A DNA stretch of 53,642 nt, the filler included, from Catajapyx aquilonaris (lineage: Eukaryota), in the NCBI GenBank assembly GCA_000934665.2. It is 3 parts of 3 records of this genome, joined end to end, with 100 filler letters (N's around TTAATTAATTAA, not from the genome) between each part and the next. Parts side by side here need not be neighbours in the genome. Positions count along the whole stretch, not along the records: positions 35,856 to 53,642 come from JYFJ02006893.1; 2 more parts are not named here. One strand, given 5' to 3'. The notes under the pieces were generated by a model. It had not been told where the DNA came from. It searched no databases and saw only the letters and a list, made by a program, of their open reading frames with translations. Of the stretch, positions 46,401 through 53,642 are shown one piece after another; positions within the stretch are counted from its first letter, which is position 1, and every line of letters starts with the position of its first letter. Position numbers and translations under genes: made by a program.

Positions 46401-48295
46401 ATAATACGTATTGTTTTACATCTCTGTGATACATTTAAAATAACTAATAGATAATAGTCAATACAGTATATGGTGCTCTCACGATCGGTGGCATTTTTAG
46501 TGTCCTAAGGTCCTAAGTGGTTCAAGACCTCTCGGGGGGTCTAGATGCCATTTTAGCGGCATGAGACACCTCTCCGCCGGCAAATCAGTCAGAAATTCAA
46601 AGTTATTGAATTATTTTGAGGTCTAAATGCACGGTAATATATAACGTGCACATCATGACATTATCCAGGCCAGACCATTCCAAGACACATAATTTTAAAA
46701 TCGGCGATTCATTTGGATCTCTGCTTTTATTGACAGACACGGACAAACTGCGTGCATTATTATTTAAAAATCTTGGGAGGCTCAAAAATCCATGGAATAC
46801 GTTACTCCTCCTGGGGAAATATGTCATATGTTTTCGTGCAGCACCAGTATTCAGATTTTTGAAAAATTTATTTCGTAAATGGCTTATTGGGTTTGGAACT
46901 GGTCAGGCCGATTTGATTAAATATAACTTCTAATTACATAATACGTATTACCTCAGGTGTAGCTCCCGAATAAGTCGGCAAGGTGGCGCTCAATGGGTGA
47001 GTCTAGGAGATGCCTGCATCAGAACAGGAATCATCATGCATGAACTGATGCACGCAGTTGGGTTTATTCACGAGCAGAACAGGCCAGACAGAGATAATTA
47101 CGTCCGTATAAACTGGAACAACATAGTCCATGGTGATTGATCTTTCCGCATTATTTGACTACCATAAGTGTGGTTTTTTTCATCATGAAGGTGTCAGACT
47201 TATACTGTATAGCAACCGCTATATTTTTTATTGAACACCTTGGATGAAGGCGCATCAAACTACAAAAAAAAGACTTCGAGCGATATTAGCGATAACTAAA
47301 CTTACCGTGATATTTGGGACACCCTGTGTGCATTTTAAAGATTACATAATACCAGCCCCCGGACACTCATGCTACCTTCTGTTGTTATCACTTGCCGACG
47401 CGTTTTGAAGAAGGTGCTCACTTGAGAGCGCCATGAGACATTTCACTCTCCGTTTAACTGGCGACCCTACCGGACTAACGCTGAACTTTATAGGTACAAA
47501 AAGGAAGCGCTACATGCGGGCACAAAATAGCCACCGGCGACCATGTTGGGTCCACCAGTGTAGCGCTTCCCTTTTGTTAGTTTTGTACCTATAAAGTTCA
47601 GAGTTAATCCGGTAGGGTCGCCAGTTAAACGGAGAGTGAAATGTCTCATGGTGCTCTCAAGTGAGCACCTTCTGCAAAACTCGTCGGCAGGGGGTAGGTG
47701 GGAGTGTCCATACCTTATCTTCTATGGCCGTGCATAATACTGTGTAATAGTTCGTGATGTAGGGGAAATGCACAATTTTCAATGCGCTAGTACACCACCT
47801 GCGGCGCAATGTCGCCTCAATGCAATGATCTAAAGTCACACTAAAAATATGACATCATATCTTAAGACACCACATATATATGATACGGTACACCTTACTG
47901 TGTAATGTAAGCAAACCACTCATACTATCTTGTAAACCTATATTCATGCTCATGTGCATTGTCATACGCTGCCATGTCTCTGGCGTATCCACTTATTGGC
48001 ATATGATTTGGTATGTGAAGGGTAAGACAAAAAAATGTGTGCTGTGTGGGAAAAAATCATATAGCTTTAATTATTCAACTTAACCTACAGCAGTTCTGTT
48101 ACGCATAATGCTAACTTTCTCACACTGACCCCACTGTTATTATTATTATACTGTCAATATCATATTTATGAAGCACGTTTTTCTCACGATTTTCGCCATT
48201 TTTCAGGTTATAAGCACAATTTTGAAATGTGCGGCAATAGGTTTTGCAACACTTTTGGAACACCGTACGACTTTGGTAATGACCAACAATAACAG

Positions 48296-48362
<67 letters not shown>

Positions 48363-51148
48363 AACAATGAAAACATTAATTTCAGGTTCACTGATGCACT
48401 ATGGTCCGTATGACTTTGCGAAATGGAGAGGAACTCCAGTAATAACGCCAGCGCGCCAGGATATGGGGCAACGCGCTGGGTTTAGCAACGTGAGTAATAT
48501 ACACAATATTCCTGCCAGAGATTGTTTGAAGCTCCCTGTAATAGTCTACTTACTGGCCCTGTTTGAATGTGTCCAAAAGACAGTACAGTAAATCCAGAAC
48601 AAGAGGTTGAATCCATAGGTTATTCACATATAGGTTTAATAGCTAATTCCTGATTTACTGGTTTTCAAGCAATCTGCACTAAGATTAGTGTGTCCTAGAT
48701 GTGTTTAGATATTCCGGGGAAAGAGAATGCTAGCTGGTAGGACATCTCTATTCAGGACGCCTATTTTGCTCCAGACACTAACTTAGGGGCAGTTTTATAT
48801 GATTACACGTTTTTTTCCAAATTCTGGCGTTGTCTGGGCACAAAATCTCGCATAAATACAGAAATAGTTGTTGAGCTACCGTAATGTTTTGTCACATCTC
48901 CAACGAAATTTCGACCCAAATTCGTGACTTCAACCCTTTTTCTGAGAAAATGTCCGATTTTCGCTTCCGAAAACCTCCGAATCTTCACGTATCATGTCGT
49001 TTGAGGGGGTATATGCACTTTAATTGGCATGGCCTGGCCCGCATATCGTTGCCTTTATGTGAACCACGGGGCCTGAGCCTATTCAGCCAACCTCTGGGCA
49101 AAATGGCAAACTTCAGCCTAGCACACTGGCAATCTGATCAGTTAGCACACCAAGACGGAGACCCTTACTGTGATTGGCCACATAGCCTCAGCAATCAACA
49201 GTTTCAAAACTCTTGTTTGAAATTCAAAAAATGCTCGTACTTTGAAATACACGAAACGTCCATGTCAAATTGCGATCAAATCAGTATGGCGAAAATGCAT
49301 CACTGATGGAGATTTGTTCAAATGTGTACCAAAATATTTTGCTTCTCTACGTACAAGTTTCAAGTTGCATCAAAAACGTGTTCAGGAGGTTATAAACATC
49401 TCAAAAGAGCAGACTATTCTAGGACAAAAATATATGGTAATTTATATTAAACCTTCTATTAAATCCAAAAAGACCCTTTAGAAAGAACATGAATGCTTAT
49501 CAGATCAATCTAGAAAAGGCAGAAAATTTTAATATTCTAAAATGGGAAAACTAAACAGTAATTATTAATTAAAATATTATTCATATGAACTTTCACTACA
49601 CTCGAAGTTTATTTTGGACCAGTATTAGATAAGGTAACTTACCACATTATTTTATTTGCAGCTTGACATCTTCAAATTGAATACCTATTATAACTGCCAA
49701 TCTAGGAGTAGCCGCAATCAACCAGAACCTAATGGTAATGCTAATATAACATGTATTTATCTGCAAAACTTCTATAGTATTATGACATGTTTCATATTGT
49801 TAATGACATCATATTTTGTTCATATTTGATTTCAGGACGGTCTGTGTCATGCAAAAATGTAAATGAACAGTGTAAAAAATACTCATCAGTGGGACACTGT
49901 GAAGAGAGTCCTGAGTGGATGAACGCACATTGCCCTCAATCATGTGAAAGTTGCAGTAAGTGAATCTACGTACAATCTGTCTCAATAAGTTTTGGCCACT
50001 TTATCCTGGTCTTGAAGCAACACTTCACACACACACCCATAATCCCTGCGGCCTATTAGGTGTGGGGACAACCGAAGCAGGTTAGTGGATTTGGAGTCCG
50101 CCTGCTAATCGGGAGGTCCTGGGTGCGAATCCTGGGGCCGGCGATCCTAACCGTGGTTTTCTGTGGTTTCCCACGGTCCCCCCCCCCCAGGAAAATTCCG
50201 GGGTCGTTTCCGTAAAAAATACGCCACAGCCGCTTCCTTCCGTCCCTATCCTATCCCAAAAAGCAAAGTTAAATGAAAGCGAAGAGTTCTAGTCAAAACA
50301 AAATTGGGATGAACTCCCCCCTAAACAGCCGCCGGCTGATAACGGGGTATGAATTAATTAATTAGGTGAGGGAACGTGAAAAAGACAACTTTTTAAGGCT
50401 AGTGTAAACTAACCTAACCTACCTTACCCTGCGTAACCTAGGCTGAGAAAAATTGAATTTCCTAAAACCCTGCAACTGGAAATAGTGGGGACTTGTCCCC
50501 ACTACTGCAAAAGCAAACCCGCAATTTTCTTGTGGGGACCGTAAACGTCCCCGCAACTGAGGAAAATGTACCCACAGATGAGTGAAAGTCCCCACAGTTA
50601 CAGTAAAAACAACTACTTCCGTTCCCACAACTTATTGAAGACAGGTACACACTTGCTCCACCGTGGGGCCTGTGCGAAGGGTTGCTTCAAGACCAGGATA
50701 AAGTGGCCAAAACTTATTGAGACAGATTGTACATCTAAGCCATGTTATGGAAACACCACTTTTTGGGGGGTGAAACACCATCTTTGACTTACCGCAGGTG
50801 ATGAGTGTGTGGATATAAATGCGATGTGCTCGAAGTGGGAAAAAAGAGGACAGTGTAAAGAGCAACCTGACTACATGAAAGTGTACTGTCCTAAGAGTTG
50901 CAAAGTTTGCCCAGAACCAACAGGTAATAAGTGGAAAGAAAGTGCAAAATTGTTCAAAGTGCATCTGAGTGGGGCATGCATCATTTGCACGTGATATGCG
51001 GTAGTATTAGGTCTAATATTGTACCGAAATTATATTTACATTTCCAGAAAACCTAGGCTCTACAGAGGAAGAAAGAATCAGGAATACGATTCAAAAAATT
51101 TTGGCCACGCTAAGCAGGATTACAGTTCGTTCATTAATTGGAGGCTGA
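43414..51148 (+). CDS. Secreted astacin-family (M12A) zinc metalloprotease with two C-terminal ShKT domains, paralogue B, complete
   Basis: join(43414..43491,44120..44186,44448..44527 [or from 44416 with a 1-nt frameshift],44636..44711,44789..44906,46957..47132,48207..48275,48386..48489,49662..49734,49836..49955,50798..50923,51048..51148). Signal peptide MNSLIFVQLLVFISVVAASP, propeptide, SR|TAIRW..VPYEIS, TCIRFVPRTNEWDYV, HELMHAVGFIHEQNRPDRD, YDFGSLMHY, two six-Cys ShKT domains. Confidence 0.9.
43515..44080. mobile_element. Foldback/MITE in astacin B intron 1 (unclassified)
   Basis: CAAGGGAAGGTCACGGGGTGAT ... ATCACCCCGTGACCTTCCCTTG; ~240-bp near-identical arms, short core containing ACAGACGGACGG. 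Confidence 0.85.
46957..47132 (+). CDS. Astacin zinc-binding exon (HEXXHXXGXXHEXXRXDR)
   Basis: cctcag|G TGT AGC ... CAT G|gtgatt; CSSRISRQGGAQWVSLGDACIRTGIIMHELMHAVGFIHEQNRPDRDNYVRINWNNIVH. Confidence 0.95.
47361..47709. mobile_element. Palindromic foldback element, family copy 2 (astacin B intron)
   Basis: AGGTGCTCACTTGAGAG..CATTTCACTCTCCGTTTAACTGGCGACCCTACCGG / CCGGTAGGGTCGCCAGTTAAACGGAGAGTGAAATG..CTCTCAAGTGAGCACCT. Confidence 0.8.
48300..48362. repeat. (TAG)n microsatellite in the intron before the Met-turn exon
   Basis: Read directly; about 21 units. Confidence 0.95.
49973..50729. mobile_element. TA-flanked MITE between the ShK exons (copy B) carrying nested insertions
   Basis: Same TIRs as 38678-39074; contains a second TIR element (~50045-50645, CCTG...CAGG ends, AACCT repeats) and a SINE. 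Confidence 0.8.
50072..50262 (+). mobile_element. tRNA-derived SINE (same family as 38773-39013)
   Basis: CCGAAGCAGGTT..CTGCTAATCGGGAGGTCCTGGGTGCGAATCC..GCCACAGCCGCTTCCTTCC..CCCTATCC. Confidence 0.75.
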
Positions 51149-52028
51149 ATTTGGTTTTGATGTACTGTACACAGACCTACCTACATGTACCCATCGCGAG
51201 CAACAGGAGCACTTGTGGTTGGAGGAGGAAATCCAGCAGGATGGCCCCTATTATTCACGTGCAGCTTGTGGCCATGCCAGTGCCCCCATCCCACCTAAGT
51301 CATGGATGCATCCCAACCTATAAAAAGTTAATTTTATATTGTGTAAACTGTCATTTTATGTCAATACTATCCGGGGTTTGTGTTTAAGTATATGGAATAG
51401 CTGATATATAGGAAGGCACAATGATCACGGCTAATATATGGAAAATGAGAGAACGATCTGATGTCATCGTTTCTTCCATTGTTGCTTTTTGTTGATACTG
51501 TTTACTCACATTGTTCTGTGCAGGTATTTCTACGGAAACCTTGATGACATCAGATCGTTCTCTCATTTTTCTGAATTAGAACTGCACCAGAGGAAGGGCA
51601 GGAAAAGCGCCCAGCAGGTCGCCCCCCCCCCTCCCGGATCCGCCACTAATAAATGTATTTTTGCCATGTATTTCAGTGCCTTGTCAATTTATAACCCCTG
51701 ACTAACTGACTGCTGACGAGTTCCGAGCGCACTTATGCACGTTTACGTTGTTTTCTGACTTCTGATGGGCGTTGTCCAAGAGCGGAATAGCCTATTCTGC
51801 AACCATGTGACACTAGGCAGGCAATTCAACTGCTTATTGACCTTTCCTCGCCTTTCCTAGGCCAATCGGTCCCCCCCACGCCACCCCACCCCAGGCTCAG
51901 GAAATGCATTCCTACTGGTGGACCCATAGTGTTCATTTCTTGGAAATGAGCAAGGGTAGAAGAACCTATGGAGGTGGGACATATTGAAGTATTTTCGCTT
52001 TTTGTGATACGTATATACTGTAGGCGTA

Positions 52029-52241
52029 CAGTCTGCTAAAGGAGTATGTTACCAGACCCCTAACCTAGAAATTAGCCTCCAACAGAGGTGCTGCCTAGGG
52101 GAATGAGATTTATTGTATCAGGGGGAAGCAACACCTCTGTTCTTCCCCCTGATACAATAAATCTCACTCCCCTAGGCAGCACCACTGTTGGAGGCTAATT
52201 TCTAGGTTAGGGGTCTGGTAACATACTCCTTTAGCAGACTG
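52029..52241. mobile_element. Young hairpin MITE, TA TSD
   Basis: TA|CAGTCTGCTAAAGGAGTATGTTACC ... GGTAACATACTCCTTTAGCAGACTG|TA; ~100-bp arms with 2 mismatches, 13-nt loop. Confidence 0.88.
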
Positions 52242-53325
52242 TACAGTACATAATATTGTAGCAGTCCGGAAAAAATTACGTCACGGTCCAGATCCAGATC
52301 AAAAATTGAAAAATATTTACGATTAACATCANNNNNACCCCCCCCCCCCCCCTTGAGACAAGGTGGAGGCATCGTCCCACTGGGCCATGCTGAGATTACC
52401 TCCTTATAATGTAGCCGAAATGGTCAAAATGAACTAGGCTATTTTCGTCTTGGAATTGCGCCCTTTGTCGTTCAAAAAAGCCCTGTAGAAATAAGTATCT
52501 CGTCTCACACTTGCACTATTGTGTCAATAGCTACTTTTTTCCTACGTAGGCCTATATAGGTCACGTTTTGTAACCTCCGTAAATGTTCACTTGTTGTAGT
52601 CAAATTTGAATTAGATAATTTTGTTAAATCATGTACTACCAATGCCATTCCACCACCCCTCCCTTCATATTGAGCAAGCACCGGAGAATTTCAGTTTTGG
52701 TACACAATACCGAGTAGAAATGACGAATCCTGTACCTCACTGACCACCATATGACAAGTTTTCTGAACGATGCGTATGAAAGACGACAATCGTTACTTAT
52801 ACAGTACTAGGCACCAACTTGCCAAAATTAGGCAAAAAATAGGTAAATTGCGAAAGTGGGGTGGATGAGAGAGAAAGAGAGAGAGAGACGCGGACCAGGC
52901 AGCGACATCCGACGGCGAAGTACCGAAGTAAGACGGTGCGGAGGTAGGCCCGCGGCCGGAACGGCGTTTATGGGAACTCCGTGGTGGTTGGTTTTTTAAG
53001 GCGGTCGGCGTTTTTTGCGTTTTATAAATTCCCTGGACACTGTTTCCAAAAAAACAAAAGTTTATTGCAGATATAGGACACGCGGGCTAAATTTTGACAT
53101 CACTTCCAATGCTGCAGGCCGTACACAGCGGGAGGAATCGCCATCACAGTAAGGTATTAATAATATAGATATATCAGAATCCAAGATTGTACCCATCTTG
53201 CACTACACTTCAGAAAAGTAGCATAGCATAGAACCGAAGCCTAAGTGATGGGATAGCTTGGTAAGCATTTCCATGTCTGTGGCAGAACCTATGACAATAC
53301 AAATATGGATTCATATCTAATTAGA

Positions 53326-53328
<3 letters not shown>

Positions 53329-53410
<82 letters not shown>
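53329..53410. repeat. (AT)n microsatellite
   Basis: Read directly; followed at once by GAGGCATTCCACGTCAA, probably the left end of another TIR element cut by the window edge. Confidence 0.95.
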
Positions 53411-53413
<3 letters not shown>

Positions 53414-53642
53414 GCATTCCACGTCAAGCGGGCCACCTTTCCGACAAATCTTTGAGGACCTTGACCAAAATTTAATGACATGTACTACTCATCGACCTAT
53501 GCAGGAACCCAAATTATTATACCTCTGCGTTGCGTGGTTGCGTATCTACAGGGTGGGAATGTTGCTATTTTTCACTCATTTTACGCTGTCATGGCTTTGA
53601 ATGGAGGCCCGTAACTTCTGAACCCCTAAAGTGATTCCAAAG

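Noticed and set aside
51019..51387. 122-aa ORF frame (AKQDYSSFI) as the real last exon
   Set aside because: Incompatible with the phase-1 ShK2 donor, and paralogue A has a stop in this frame. Three changes are synonymous in this frame, so RNA confirmation is still worthwhile.

Overview
Eukaryotic (arthropod-like) genomic DNA, AT-rich and dense in DNA transposons. It is not one locus: two identical artificial spacers (44 N + TTAATTAATTAA + 44 N, at 17724-17823 and 35756-35855) join three ~17.8 kb pieces. Piece 1 (1-17723) has no recognisable host gene, only MITEs, foldbacks and decayed transposon remnants. Piece 2 (17824-35755) carries two 3'-truncated genes head-to-head: an otubain (OTUB1-like) deubiquitinase on the minus strand and a sphingosine-1-phosphate phosphatase (SGPP-like, PAP2) on the plus strand. 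The SGPP intron holds a long-TIR DD41D Tc1/mariner element with a broken transposase. Piece 3 (35856-53642) carries two tandem paralogues of a secreted astacin metalloprotease with two ShKT domains: the 3' half of copy A and all 12 coding exons of copy B. The most interesting signals are in that pair: a near-identical, gene-conversion-like patch over the ShK1 exon, a C-terminal exon with 19 of 21 changes non-synonymous, a one-base defect in the propeptide F-x-G-D motif that an in-frame cryptic acceptor could bypass, and independent nested insertions into the same intronic MITE. Also visible are strong CpG depletion in the SGPP exon versus the astacin exons, and MITEs built from two transposase 3' ends. 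All gene models, alignments and counts were made by hand. No wholly new system can be established from sequence alone.
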